A DNA stretch of 64,000 nt from Vicingaceae bacterium (GCA_040218815.1 JAVJQS010000007.1:25557-89556); one strand, 5' to 3'; counted from the stretch's first letter, positions 34,664 to 45,031 are shown. Notes: generated by a model not told the origin, from the letters alone. Numbers and translations are program-made.

Positions 34664-34697
34664 AAATAATAGTGGATAAAATAATCCACTATTATTT
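34664..34697. promoter_or_regulatory. Perfect 14-6-14 inverted repeat, candidate Rrf2 operator
   Basis: AAATAATAGTGGAT (34664-34677), spacer AAAATA, then ATCCACTATTATTT (34684-34697). It lies 33-66 bp upstream of the Rrf2 ATG and just upstream of a minus-strand TATTTTTG -7 element (34649-34656). Confidence 0.5.
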
Positions 34698-34795
34698 AAT
34701 TTTCATATTTTTAGCATTTTACTCCCAATTATACTACCTCAACTTTTATTAAATTCGCAACCCATTTCATCTGACTTGATGAAACCCAAAATTGA

Positions 34796-37700
34796 ATGAG
34801 TAAATACAAAGAATACAAACAGTTAGACTTATCTGCTATCGCAGGAGAAGTGCTAAATGATTGGAAAGAAAAACAGATTTTTCAACAAAGCATCACTTCT
34901 CGCGAAGGGGCAACTCCATTCGTTTTTTATGAAGGGCCTCCTTCAGCAAACGGTTTGCCGGGGATACATCATGTAATGGCTCGAGCTATAAAAGATATTT
35001 TTTGCCGCTATAAAACGCAGAAAGGCTTTCAAGTAAAACGAAAAGCTGGCTGGGATACTCATGGTTTGCCTGTAGAGTTAGGTGTTGAAAAGGAGTTAGG
35101 CATTACCAAAGAAGATATTGGTAAGAAAATATCAGTAGAAGAATATAACAAGGCTTGTCGTGAGGCGGTAATGCGCTACACTGATGTGTGGAACGACTTG
35201 ACTGAAAAGATGGGTTACTGGGTTGACATGGACAACCCTTATGTAACTTATGAAAATAAATACATTGAAACAGTTTGGCACCTGCTTCAAAAACTATATG
35301 ACAAAGGCTTAATCTATAAAGGTTATACCATCCAGCCTTACTCTCCTGCTGCAGGTACAGGTTTGAGTACACATGAATTGAATCAGCCAGGTGCTTATAA
35401 AGATGTAAAAGACACTTCTGCAACAGCCATGTTTAAGCTAGTTGAAGACGAGAAGTCGAGCTTCTTGTTAAACGATTTACACGGAGACCTCTTCTTTATT
35501 GCATGGACAACTACTCCATGGACCTTACCATCAAATACTGCATTGGGGGTAGGTAAAAAAATAGACTACGTAAAAGTTAAAACCTTTAATAAATATACCC
35601 ATGAGCCTATTACAGTAGTTTTAGCCAAGAATTTAATGGGCAAATGGTTCAATGAAAAGGGCGCTGACTTAGCGCTAGAAGACTACAAAAATAATGGGAA
35701 GAACATCCCCTACCAGATTGTTGACGAATTTAAAGGCAGTGAGCTAGAAGGTATCCAGTATGAACAATTGTTGCCTTACCAACAGCCTGAAACAGGTGAT
35801 GCCTTTAAAGTGTTGTTAGGCGATTTTGTAACTACTGAAGATGGAACAGGTATTGTTCATTTAGCGCCAAGCTATGGTGCTGATGATTTTCGAGTAACGC
35901 AAGCCAATGGAATTGGCGCCTTACATTTAGTAGATAATCAAGGAAGGTTTACACAGGAGGTTACCGACTTTGCCGGAGAATATGTTAAAGAACAATACCT
36001 TGATGATGCTGACAAAGCTGATGACTACAAGTCAATTGATGTACGGATTTCCATCAAATTAAAAGAGGAAAATCGGGCATTTGATGTGCAGAAATATGAG
36101 CACAGCTACCCTCATTGCTGGAGAACTGATAAGCCGATTTTATATTTTCCATTAGATTCCTGGTTTATTAAAACCACAGCGGTTAAAGATCAGTTAATTG
36201 CCAACAACAATAAAATCAACTGGAAACCAGAAAGCACTGGAAAGGGCAGGTTTGGAAACTGGTTGGAAAATTTACAAGATTGGAATTTGTCACGTTCACG
36301 TTATTGGGGCATTCCAATTCCTATTTGGACAACAGAAGATAAAGATGAGCAAATCTGCATCGGTTCAGCTGAGCAACTAAAAGCAGAATGCGAGAAAGCA
36401 GTTGCAAAAGGTTTTATGGAAAGCAACCCATTAGCAGATTTTGAGCCAGGTAATATGTCAGAAGACAACTACCACGCCTTTGATTTTCACCGTCCATTTG
36501 TAGATGATATCGTTTTAGTTTCCAAACAAGGCAAACCAATGAAGCGCGAAAGCGACTTAATTGATGTCTGGTTCGATTCAGGCTCTATGCCATATGCTCA
36601 GTGGCATTATCCATTTGAAAACAAGGAGTTAATTGAAGAAAATAAGTTCTACCCAGCAGACTTTATTGCGGAAGGAGTAGATCAAACGCGTGGATGGTTT
36701 TTTACTTTGCACGCCATAGCAACTTTGTGTTTTGATGGTATCGCCTATAAAAACGTTGTTTCTAACGGCTTGGTACTCGACAAAAACGGTCAAAAAATGT
36801 CGAAACGCTTAGGCAATGCAGCAGACCCCTTTGTTACACTGAAAAAATACGGTCCAGACGCTACTCGTTGGTATATGATTACCAATGCACAGCCGTGGGA
36901 CAACCTCAAGTTTGACCTAGAAGGCATTGCAGAAATTCAACGCAAGTTTTTTGGAACATTGTATAACACCTACAATTTCTTCGCACTTTATGCGAACATT
37001 GATAATTTCAACTATAGTGAAGCAGAGATTGAACATTCCAAACGTCCAGAAATTGACCGCTGGGTGCTTTCCAAACTCAACTCATTAATTAAAACTGTTG
37101 ATGCAGCTTTTGCGGATTATGAACCTACAAAAGCAGGAAGAGCAATTCAAGAGTTTACCACTGACCATTTGAGTAATTGGTACGTTCGCTTGTGCAGAAG
37201 ACGTTTTTGGAAAGGAGACTATTCAACTGACAAAATATCTGCTTATCAAACGCTTTACACCTGTTTATTAACTGTAGCTAAGCTTTCTGCTCCGATTGCT
37301 CCATTTTTTATGGACCGTTTGTTCCAAGATTTAAATGCAGTAAGTGGTAAAGAAAAAGTGGACTCTATTCATTTGTCTGATTTTGGCAAATTAAATGAAG
37401 CTCATATCGATACGGATTTAGAACAACGAATGGAAATTGCACAAAAGCTATCTTCCATGGTGCTGGCCTTGCGTAAAAAAGAATCTATAAAAGTTCGACA
37501 GCCACTCCAAAAAATGATGGTGCCTATTTTGGACCCTACATTTAAGCGTCAATTACAAGAAGTTGAGGCCTTGATTTTGTCGGAGGTAAATGTGAAGGAA
37601 TTAGAATACTTAGAAGAAACAGCTGGAGTTCTAGTTAAAAAAATCAAGCCTGACTTTAAAAAACTAGGACCGAAATTTGGGAAAGACATGAAGTTGGTTG

Positions 37701-38164
37701 CAGCAGCAGTTAATCAGCTATCGCAAGAAGAAATAGCAAGCTTGGAAAGCAAAGGATCAATTGACTTGCCACTTGAAGATCGACGAATTTCATTAGACTT
37801 AGATGACGTAGAAATCACCTCTGAAGATATTCCCGGATGGTTAGTAGCCACCGAAGGGAAATACACTGTGGCTCTAGATATAAGCCTTTCGGACGAATTA
37901 AGGCAAGAAGGTGTTGCACGTGAAATGGTAAACCGCATTCAAAACTTTAGAAAAGAGGCCGGTTTTGAAGTCACTGATAAAATTGCTTTAAAAGTTCAGA
38001 CCGCTCCTGTAATTGATGAAGCAATAGCAAACAATAAAGATTATATTTGTTCAGAAACCTTGGCAAGCAGCCTTGAGTTGGTAACAAACTTAAACCAAAC
38101 AAATTATAAGATAGAAATAGACCAAGACACTGAAACTTATGTTGAATTAAGCTTGGCAAAATAG
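34796..38164 (+). CDS. ileS: Isoleucine--tRNA ligase (type 2, eukaryote-like)
   Basis: It has the HIGH-type motif (PSANGLPGIHH) and KMSKR, and is 1122 aa long. Confidence 0.95.
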   Translation: MSKYKEYKQLDLSAIAGEVLNDWKEKQIFQQSITSREGATPFVFYEGPPSANGLPGIHHVMARAIKDIFCRYKTQKGFQVKRKAGWDTHGLPVELGVEKELGITKEDIGKKISVEEYNKACREAVMRYTDVWNDLTEKMGYWVDMDNPYVTYENKYIETVWHLLQKLYDKGLIYKGYTIQPYSPAAGTGLSTHELNQPGAYKDVKDTSATAMFKLVEDEKSSFLLNDLHGDLFFIAWTTTPWTLPSNTALGVGKKIDYVKVKTFNKYTHEPITVVLAKNLMGKWFNEKGADLALEDYKNNGKNIPYQIVDEFKGSELEGIQYEQLLPYQQPETGDAFKVLLGDFVTTEDGTGIVHLAPSYGADDFRVTQANGIGALHLVDNQGRFTQEVTDFAGEYVKEQYLDDADKADDYKSIDVRISIKLKEENRAFDVQKYEHSYPHCWRTDKPILYFPLDSWFIKTTAVKDQLIANNNKINWKPESTGKGRFGNWLENLQDWNLSRSRYWGIPIPIWTTEDKDEQICIGSAEQLKAECEKAVAKGFMESNPLADFEPGNMSEDNYHAFDFHRPFVDDIVLVSKQGKPMKRESDLIDVWFDSGSMPYAQWHYPFENKELIEENKFYPADFIAEGVDQTRGWFFTLHAIATLCFDGIAYKNVVSNGLVLDKNGQKMSKRLGNAADPFVTLKKYGPDATRWYMITNAQPWDNLKFDLEGIAEIQRKFFGTLYNTYNFFALYANIDNFNYSEAEIEHSKRPEIDRWVLSKLNSLIKTVDAAFADYEPTKAGRAIQEFTTDHLSNWYVRLCRRRFWKGDYSTDKISAYQTLYTCLLTVAKLSAPIAPFFMDRLFQDLNAVSGKEKVDSIHLSDFGKLNEAHIDTDLEQRMEIAQKLSSMVLALRKKESIKVRQPLQKMMVPILDPTFKRQLQEVEALILSEVNVKELEYLEETAGVLVKKIKPDFKKLGPKFGKDMKLVAAAVNQLSQEEIASLESKGSIDLPLEDRRISLDLDDVEITSEDIPGWLVATEGKYTVALDISLSDELRQEGVAREMVNRIQNFRKEAGFEVTDKIALKVQTAPVIDEAIANNKDYICSETLASSLELVTNLNQTNYKIEIDQDTETYVELSLAK

Positions 38165-38170
38165 ATTAAA

Positions 38171-38548
38171 ATGGCAGATAAAGAAAGATACAACGATGCT
38201 GAATTAGCAGAATTTAAAGATTTGATTAACGGAAAACTATCCGAAGCTAAAACAGATTTAGAAGGCTTAAGAAATTCACTTTCTTACAAAGATGATCACG
38301 GAACAGAAGACACTTCTCCTTCATTTAAAATGATGGAAGATGGTTCTGAGACTTTATCGAGAGAAGAAATGTCTCAGTTGGCTATGCGTCAAGAAAAATT
38401 TATTACGCATTTAGAAAATGCATTAACACGTATCAGCAATAAGACTTACGGAATTTGCAGAGTAACTGGAAAATTGATTCCAAAAGAACGCTTAAAAGCT
38501 GTTCCACACGCAACTTTGTCGATTGAAGCAAAAGAGGCGCAAGGTTAA
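38171..38548 (+). CDS. DksA/TraR-family protein (Bacteroidota type lacking the full C4 finger)
   Basis: A coiled-coil N-terminal half is followed by the C-terminal YGICRVTGKLIPKERLKAVPHATLSIEAKE. It occupies the conserved position between ileS and lspA. Confidence 0.7.
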   Translation: MADKERYNDAELAEFKDLINGKLSEAKTDLEGLRNSLSYKDDHGTEDTSPSFKMMEDGSETLSREEMSQLAMRQEKFITHLENALTRISNKTYGICRVTGKLIPKERLKAVPHATLSIEAKEAQG

Positions 38549-38581
38549 TTGCCCTTCCCCATCAATTAAATAAACAGATTC

Positions 38582-39196
38582 ATGAAGCAAAAAAATGCTT
38601 CTTCTCGGCTGGCTTTAGTCGTTATTTTTATTGTATTGCTAATTGACCAAATTAGCAAGTTTTGGATTAAAACACACCTAGAAATTTCCGAAGAAATCCC
38701 AGTCTTTGGTGATTGGTTCATCATCCATTTTACCGAAAATAATGGCATGGCCTTTGGCTTGGAAATAGCTGGAGACTATGGGAAGTTAATTTTGAGTGTT
38801 TTTAGAATTATCGCTGTGAGTTTGATTGGCTATTATCTTTTTAGTCTACCTAAAAAAGGAGCATCTAAAGGCCTTATTATTAGTGGTTCCCTGATTTTCG
38901 CTGGAGCATTGGGCAATATAATCGATAGTGCTTTTTATGGCCTTATTTTTAATGATAGCTATTATCAAGTAGCCTCTTTTCTTCCGGAAGAAGGAGGCTA
39001 TGCACCTTTTTTATTCGGTCGAGTTGTTGACATGCTCTATTTTCCAATCTATGAAGGATTTCTGCCTGCTTGGGTGCCATTTTGGGGCAGTGAGTATTTT
39101 ATATTTTTCCGTCCGGTATTCAATATTGCTGATTCAGCAATTACAGTTGGTGTGATTTCTATCCTTTTATTTCATAGAGGCTTTTTTAAGGATTAG
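38582..39196 (+). CDS. lspA: Lipoprotein signal peptidase II
   Basis: It contains NNGMAFG, GALGNIIDS, and VDMLYF...FNIADSAI motifs, in ileS-lspA synteny. Confidence 0.9.
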   Translation: MKQKNASSRLALVVIFIVLLIDQISKFWIKTHLEISEEIPVFGDWFIIHFTENNGMAFGLEIAGDYGKLILSVFRIIAVSLIGYYLFSLPKKGASKGLIISGSLIFAGALGNIIDSAFYGLIFNDSYYQVASFLPEEGGYAPFLFGRVVDMLYFPIYEGFLPAWVPFWGSEYFIFFRPVFNIADSAITVGVISILLFHRGFFKD

Positions 39197-39230
39197 AAGA
39201 GTTTGGCCAAATTATCTCTTGAACTTAATT

Positions 39231-39324
39231 TACACCTTTTGGTATAATATATCATACACTCTTTAGTAATTTACCATTTAGTATAATAAAATAAATACCT
39301 TTTGGTAATATACCAGTTGGTGTA
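39231..39324. repeat. Cluster of short TACC(T/A)TTT(G/A)GTATAATA-like direct repeats closed by an inverted copy
   Basis: Copies lie at 39231-39251, 39271-39290 and 39295-39314. TACACC (39231) can pair with GGTGTA (39319-39324). The cluster sits between the convergent lspA and tolC 3' ends. Confidence 0.4.
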
Positions 39325-39342
39325 AAGTGATTGGACGGGATG

Positions 39343-40653
39343 TTATTTACTTTGAATTAGCTGATTAGTCAATCGAAATAACTCTGTTTCAGCTAGTTTT
39401 GCTGTATACTTCAACGCTACCAATCTTTCTTGAGCCGCCAAAGTGCTGAACTGAACATCACGCAACTCAATGGAAGAAATACCACCTAAACGATAATTTT
39501 CTAACGCAAATTCCAAGTTCTTATTCGCGAGTTCTACATTCTTCTCTTCAAATTCCAATTGCTTCAAATTGGCTTCATAGCGTGCATAATTTACAATTAA
39601 TTGCTCTTGAGTAAATGCCAATTCTTGAGCATAACTCAATTTTGATTGCTCAATACGAATCTTATTTTGTTGCTCTTTTCGGTTTTTTTCATTTCCATTA
39701 AAAATTGGAATGGCAACGGTGGCTCCATAATTCCATCCATCAGCTTGATTATTACGCACAAAACCAGCTTCAGAAGTTCCTTCATTGTAACTATACCTTC
39801 CGTTTAACGCAATGGTAGGTAAACGATCGGCAAAGCTTTCCTTCTTTTCCAGCACCGCAACTGCAATATCCTTCTCTAAAATACTGAGGTTGGGGTTATT
39901 ATTGAGCTGCAACATCAGGCTATCTTTTTTAAGACCTTTATTAATTTCAATGCTGTCGTTAACTTGAAACTCGCTTGTAATAGCTCTTGCCATCAATCGA
40001 TTTAATCGAGTTTTAGCCTGTTTTATTCGAACTTGTTGATTTATAACAGCAGTTCGATCAGCGTTAGCATCCACTTGGGCCTGCAAGTTTTCTAATTCAG
40101 ATGAAGCACCCAGTTCTAGTTTTGTTTTGCTTAAGGCTAGGCGAATTTCTGAAACTTCTAATTGTTGCTCATATAGCTCCAAGGCCCTCTTTTCAGCAAT
40201 TATTGCAGTGTAAGCATTGATTATTTCAGCAATATTGTTGTTAATGTTTAGCTTCACATTTAAGGCAGCTATGCTTTCTAATTCCTCTAACTTATCCTTT
40301 GTAACAAACATTTTGGTTCCGTCAAAAACCACCCAGTTTGCCCCAATTGAAACATTTAAGTTGGTTGTTAAGGCATCATTTCGATTAACACTAGAGCCAT
40401 CTGCAAAAGAAAGTTCCGTATTCTCTACAGAACGATTGTATGTCCCATCGGCATTTATAGAAGGTAACATACCTGCATTCCCTAGCTGGTTATCCAATTC
40501 TGAGATTTGAAGTTCTTGTTTTGAAAGCTTAATTTGAAAATTGTTTTCAAGTCCAATGGTAATGGCTTCTTGCAAAGTCAAGCTGTTTTGCCCAACTGCT
40601 ATCAATGGCGCTAAAAAAAGAAGGGTTATAAGTTTATTCTTCATCTTCCACAT
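39343..40653 (-). CDS. TolC-family outer membrane efflux protein
   Basis: It has a signal peptide and two OEP repeats and is the last gene of the RND operon. An alternative ATG lies at 40644. Confidence 0.85.
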   Translation of the reverse strand: MWKMKNKLITLLFLAPLIAVGQNSLTLQEAITIGLENNFQIKLSKQELQISELDNQLGNAGMLPSINADGTYNRSVENTELSFADGSSVNRNDALTTNLNVSIGANWVVFDGTKMFVTKDKLEELESIAALNVKLNINNNIAEIINAYTAIIAEKRALELYEQQLEVSEIRLALSKTKLELGASSELENLQAQVDANADRTAVINQQVRIKQAKTRLNRLMARAITSEFQVNDSIEINKGLKKDSLMLQLNNNPNLSILEKDIAVAVLEKKESFADRLPTIALNGRYSYNEGTSEAGFVRNNQADGWNYGATVAIPIFNGNEKNRKEQQNKIRIEQSKLSYAQELAFTQEQLIVNYARYEANLKQLEFEEKNVELANKNLEFALENYRLGGISSIELRDVQFSTLAAQERLVALKYTAKLAETELFRLTNQLIQSK

Positions 40654-43600
40654 TGCTTACTGATTTATCTTTAGATGAAATGTAATCATAAATGGCGGGG
40701 ATGATGTACAAGGTTAAAAGGGTTGAAAAAATCAATCCACCTATGACGGCAATTCCCATTGAAACTCGACTTTCTGATCCAGCACCGAGCGCTAATGCAA
40801 TGGGCAGTGTTCCTAAAATAGTTGACAAGCTAGTCATTAAAATAGGTCTGAATCGTGCTGCAGATCCTTCAACAATAGCTTCTAATCGACTTAAGCCATC
40901 TGCTTTACGCTGATTTGCAAATTCTACTATTAAAATTCCATTTTTAGTAACTAAACCAATCAACATAATCATTCCAATCTGACTAAATATATTTAGCGTT
41001 TCTCCCCACAAAAACAATGACAACAAAGCACCTCCTAAAGCCAGGGGAACAGTAAACATAATAATTAGTGGATCTCTAAAACTTTCAAATTGAGCAGACA
41101 GTACTAAGTAGATTAAAGCCAAAGCTAAAATAAAAGCAAAATAAATAGAGGAGGAGCTTTCCTCAAACTCTTTTGAAACACCTGCTAAAGAAGTTGAAAA
41201 AGATTCATCAAGTACTGTAGAGGAAATGCGTTCCATTTCCTTTATACCGGTACTAATAGTGTTTCCTTCAGTCAAGCCTGCTGAAATTGTTGCAGAAACA
41301 TATCTATTATATCTAAACAATTGCGGAGGTGTGCTTTGCTCTTCCAAACTAACCAAATTGTCTAAAGCAATCATCTGCCCCATTCCATTTCGAACGTAAA
41401 TGGAGGTTAAGTCTGCAGGCTCATTTCTATCTTGGCGCTCCAATTGCCCAATAACTTGATATTGCTTGCCGTCCATTATAAAAAAATCGAATCGCTGCCC
41501 ACTAAGCGAAAGCTGCAAGGTCTGTGCAATATCCAACACAGAAACACCCATGGTAAGCGCTTTTTCTCGATTGATTGTAACTTTTAGTTCCGGCTTATTA
41601 AACTTTAAGTTCAAATCGGCAACAGCAAAAACATCACTTTCTGAAGCTTCAGCCATAAACTTGGGCAATATTTGTTTCAATTTCTCCAGATTCGGCGCTT
41701 GAATCACATATTGCACTGGCAAGCCTCCACGATTATTCCCAATTGTTTGCTCCTGAGAGACAAAGTCCCTTGCTTCTGGTAAGTTATTTAGTTTTTTCCC
41801 AAGAGCGGTTGCAACTTCTTGCTGCGACCTTTCGCGTTTATCAGCTTTAGTTAATCTTAAACGAACAAAGCCAGAATTAACGGACGTAGATGCGCCAAAA
41901 CCAGGTGATGTAACACTAATAATCCCGTTGCGTTCGGGAACTTCATTTTTAATCAAGTTTACCACCTCATCCATATATCGCGACATGAAATCGTACGTTG
42001 CACCTTCAGGAGCGGTGCTAAAAACTCTCAGGTTTCCTCTATCTTCCAAAGGAGCAAGCTCAGAATTCAAATTACTTCCAAAATAATAAATCATTCCAAA
42101 AGTGATTCCGATGAACACAAAAGCAAGCCACTTCACTTTCATAAATTTTTGCAGCGAGCTTTGGTAGCCTTTTGTCAATCGAGTATAGAACTCTTCTGTT
42201 TTTACATAAAATTTTGTGCGTTTTTTCTGCTTTTTAAGCAGTTTTGCAGAAAGCATTGGTGTTAGCGTAAGCGCCACAAAAGAGGAAATAAGCACTGCTC
42301 CAGCAATCACAACTCCAAATTCTCTAAACAAACGACCGGTTACACCTTGTAAAAAGATGACGGGCATAAAAACCGCCACCAAGGCCAAAGTAGTAGCAAT
42401 CACTGCAAAAAAGATTTCTGCGGCACCTTCTTTTGCTGCTTTTTTAGAAGACATGCCACTTTCAATCTTTGTATAAATATTTTCCAATACTACAATGGCA
42501 TCATCCACCACTAAACCAATGGCTAGCACAATGCCCAATAAAGTCAATACATTAATTGAAAAGCCTGAAATATACATGACGAAAAAAGCGCCAATCAAGG
42601 CAATTGGTATAACGGAAATGGGTATAATGGTGGATCGCCAATCACGCAGAAAGATGAAAATCACCAAAATCACCATAATGAAGGCAATGTAAATGGTTTG
42701 TTTTACTTCTGAAATTGAGTCCCGTATATATTCCGTTGTATCAAACCCAATACCAGTCTTTATATCTTTTGGTAGGTCCTTTTTAATTTGCTCAATTCGT
42801 TTATAAAACTCGTCTGCTATTTCAATGTGGTTGGAATTTGGCTGAGGAACAATCGCATTTCCTACCATCGGGATACCATCTCGCTTTAAACTCGTTCTTT
42901 CATTTTGTGGACCTAAAGCAGCGTAACCTATATCTTTCAAGCGAATTAATTGTCCGTTTTCCTCACGGATAATCAACTTATTAAACTCCTCAGGAGTAGT
43001 TAATCGACCAATTGTCCGAACACTTAGCTCAACATTTGTTCCTTCAATGCTACCTGTAGGCAATTCAATATTTTGCGTCAGCAAGGCGTTTCTAACATCC
43101 AATGGAGTAACCCCTAAGGCTGCCATTTTATCTGGGTCGAGCCATAAACGCATGGCATACTTTTTTTCTCCCCATATTCTAATTTCACTAACACCTGAAA
43201 TAGTCTGTAATCGCTCTTTGAAATCCCGCTCCGCAATTTCTGTCAACTCTAGCAACGAACGTTGATCGGATTGAATGTTTAAAAATATAATAGGGTTTGC
43301 ATCTGCATCGGCTTTAGAAACAATCGGAGGGTCTGCATCTTCAGGTAAATCTCCAATGGCCTTAGACACTTTGTCTCGCACATCATTTGCAGCATTATCA
43401 AGATTTGAACTCAAGTCAAACTCAACAGTAATTGTGCTACGTCCATCTCGACTTACAGAAGAAAGTGTTCGAATACCAGCAATGCCATTAATTGACTCTT
43501 CTAATGGCTCAGTAATTTGTGTTTCAATTACATCAGCATTTGCTCCAGTGTATGAAGTGGAAACGGTTATAATTGGTGGGTCAACACTAGGATATTCTCG

Positions 43601-43702
43601 TACGCCCAAATAGTTAAAACCGATGATTCCAAAGAGTAAAATCACCAGACTAAAAACCGTTGCTAAAACAGGTCTGCGGATGCTAAGTGAGGATAAGCTC
43701 AT
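40634..43702 (-). CDS. RND efflux permease (AcrB/HAE1 family)
   Basis: It is 1022 aa with 12 TM segments and two large periplasmic loops. The N-terminus reads SIRRPVLATVFSLVILLFG. Confidence 0.9.
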   Translation of the reverse strand: MSLSSLSIRRPVLATVFSLVILLFGIIGFNYLGVREYPSVDPPIITVSTSYTGANADVIETQITEPLEESINGIAGIRTLSSVSRDGRSTITVEFDLSSNLDNAANDVRDKVSKAIGDLPEDADPPIVSKADADANPIIFLNIQSDQRSLLELTEIAERDFKERLQTISGVSEIRIWGEKKYAMRLWLDPDKMAALGVTPLDVRNALLTQNIELPTGSIEGTNVELSVRTIGRLTTPEEFNKLIIREENGQLIRLKDIGYAALGPQNERTSLKRDGIPMVGNAIVPQPNSNHIEIADEFYKRIEQIKKDLPKDIKTGIGFDTTEYIRDSISEVKQTIYIAFIMVILVIFIFLRDWRSTIIPISVIPIALIGAFFVMYISGFSINVLTLLGIVLAIGLVVDDAIVVLENIYTKIESGMSSKKAAKEGAAEIFFAVIATTLALVAVFMPVIFLQGVTGRLFREFGVVIAGAVLISSFVALTLTPMLSAKLLKKQKKRTKFYVKTEEFYTRLTKGYQSSLQKFMKVKWLAFVFIGITFGMIYYFGSNLNSELAPLEDRGNLRVFSTAPEGATYDFMSRYMDEVVNLIKNEVPERNGIISVTSPGFGASTSVNSGFVRLRLTKADKRERSQQEVATALGKKLNNLPEARDFVSQEQTIGNNRGGLPVQYVIQAPNLEKLKQILPKFMAEASESDVFAVADLNLKFNKPELKVTINREKALTMGVSVLDIAQTLQLSLSGQRFDFFIMDGKQYQVIGQLERQDRNEPADLTSIYVRNGMGQMIALDNLVSLEEQSTPPQLFRYNRYVSATISAGLTEGNTISTGIKEMERISSTVLDESFSTSLAGVSKEFEESSSSIYFAFILALALIYLVLSAQFESFRDPLIIMFTVPLALGGALLSLFLWGETLNIFSQIGMIMLIGLVTKNGILIVEFANQRKADGLSRLEAIVEGSAARFRPILMTSLSTILGTLPIALALGAGSESRVSMGIAVIGGLIFSTLLTLYIIPAIYDYISSKDKSVSNVEDEE

Positions 43703-44772
43703 TGCGCTGTCTCAGGATTAGTTCCAAAACTTTCATCCATCCTTAATTGAAGTGATGAACCATCCCTAATTTGTAGTAAGCCTGTTGTTACAATGGTATC
43801 ACCAGCCTCAAGTCCTTTTAAAACTTGGATTCGATCAGCATTGCGAATTCCTGTAGTTACATTTTTGCTTACTGCCTTTCCATTTTCTACAACAAAAACG
43901 ATTTTACCATCTAACTCTGGCACAATAGCTTGGTTGGGAATTAATAAAGCTGATTCATTTTTTGCTGCGCGATACTTAACTCTTACAAAACCTCCAGCTT
44001 TCAACTTTTTATCTTCATTTTCAAACCTTGCTTTTGCTGCAAAAGTCCGACTGTTTTGATTGATTTGAGGCTCAATTGCATAAACAACAGCCTTCTCTTC
44101 TTTAGAGCTAAGAGCAGAAGTGAAGGAAATACTATCTCCTGTTTTAATCATGTTGATGTACTGCTCAGGAAGGTCAAACTGAATTTTCAAAGGAGAAACA
44201 TCCACCAAGTCAGCAAAACTATTATTGGAGGAAAGATAGTCACCTTCACTTATGTTTCTAAGTCCAACTTGACCCGAGAAAGGTGCCCTAACTTGTGTTT
44301 TTATCAATTCTGCATTTACTTGCTGGTAATTTGCTTTCAACTGATTAAAGTTTGATTCCGCTTCTTCAAAAGCTTCTTCGCTTAAGCCCTTTGCATCTAA
44401 CAATTTTTTGCTTCTATTGAACTTCTTTTCAGCTAAGTCCATCCTAACTTTTGCCGCCTGAAGTTCAGCCTTTATATCATTATTTACCAACTCTAATAAT
44501 AGTTGTCCTTTTTCAACTTCACTTCCCTCTTCAAAATAAATATGATCGACTATTCCTCCTGTTTCTGTACTCAGCTGAGTTGACTCATTGGCAATTAAAC
44601 TTCCTGTTGTTTCCAACTTTTCAGCTAGATTTCCCTCAGAAACAACGACCACTTCCACCAAGGTTTTAGATGCTATTTCTGATTGGCTTTCTTGATTTGC
44701 TTCCCCAGATTTACACCCCAAAAAAGAAGCAGCAAAAACAACGGCGATAGAGTAGAGTGGTTTTGAGTTCAT
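43699..44772 (-). CDS. RND efflux periplasmic adaptor (MFP)
   Basis: It has a lipoprotein-like signal (FLGC), a biotinyl-lipoyl/hairpin/beta-barrel pattern, and a 4-nt overlap with the permease gene. Confidence 0.85.
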   Translation of the reverse strand: MNSKPLYSIAVVFAASFLGCKSGEANQESQSEIASKTLVEVVVVSEGNLAEKLETTGSLIANESTQLSTETGGIVDHIYFEEGSEVEKGQLLLELVNNDIKAELQAAKVRMDLAEKKFNRSKKLLDAKGLSEEAFEEAESNFNQLKANYQQVNAELIKTQVRAPFSGQVGLRNISEGDYLSSNNSFADLVDVSPLKIQFDLPEQYINMIKTGDSISFTSALSSKEEKAVVYAIEPQINQNSRTFAAKARFENEDKKLKAGGFVRVKYRAAKNESALLIPNQAIVPELDGKIVFVVENGKAVSKNVTTGIRNADRIQVLKGLEAGDTIVTTGLLQIRDGSSLQLRMDESFGTNPETAQ

Positions 44773-45031
44773 TGAGTGAGTATTAGTTAAGCTTGCAAAA
44801 GTAATCCAATAGATGTTTATACATGGATTTGTTTCCTTAAATTAAACTAAATGACAAGATTTATACTACTCTTGTTCTAGCCCATTGCTTAAGCATTAAG
44901 CTTAGTAATATCTTAACAAATAGCTAATTTTTTACATTCATGGATTTACTACCTTTGGCCGTTAATGTATGTACGTATTTTAATGCTGCTTTATAACAGT
45001 TAAAAACGTGATTTGCTTATTCTACTGAAAA

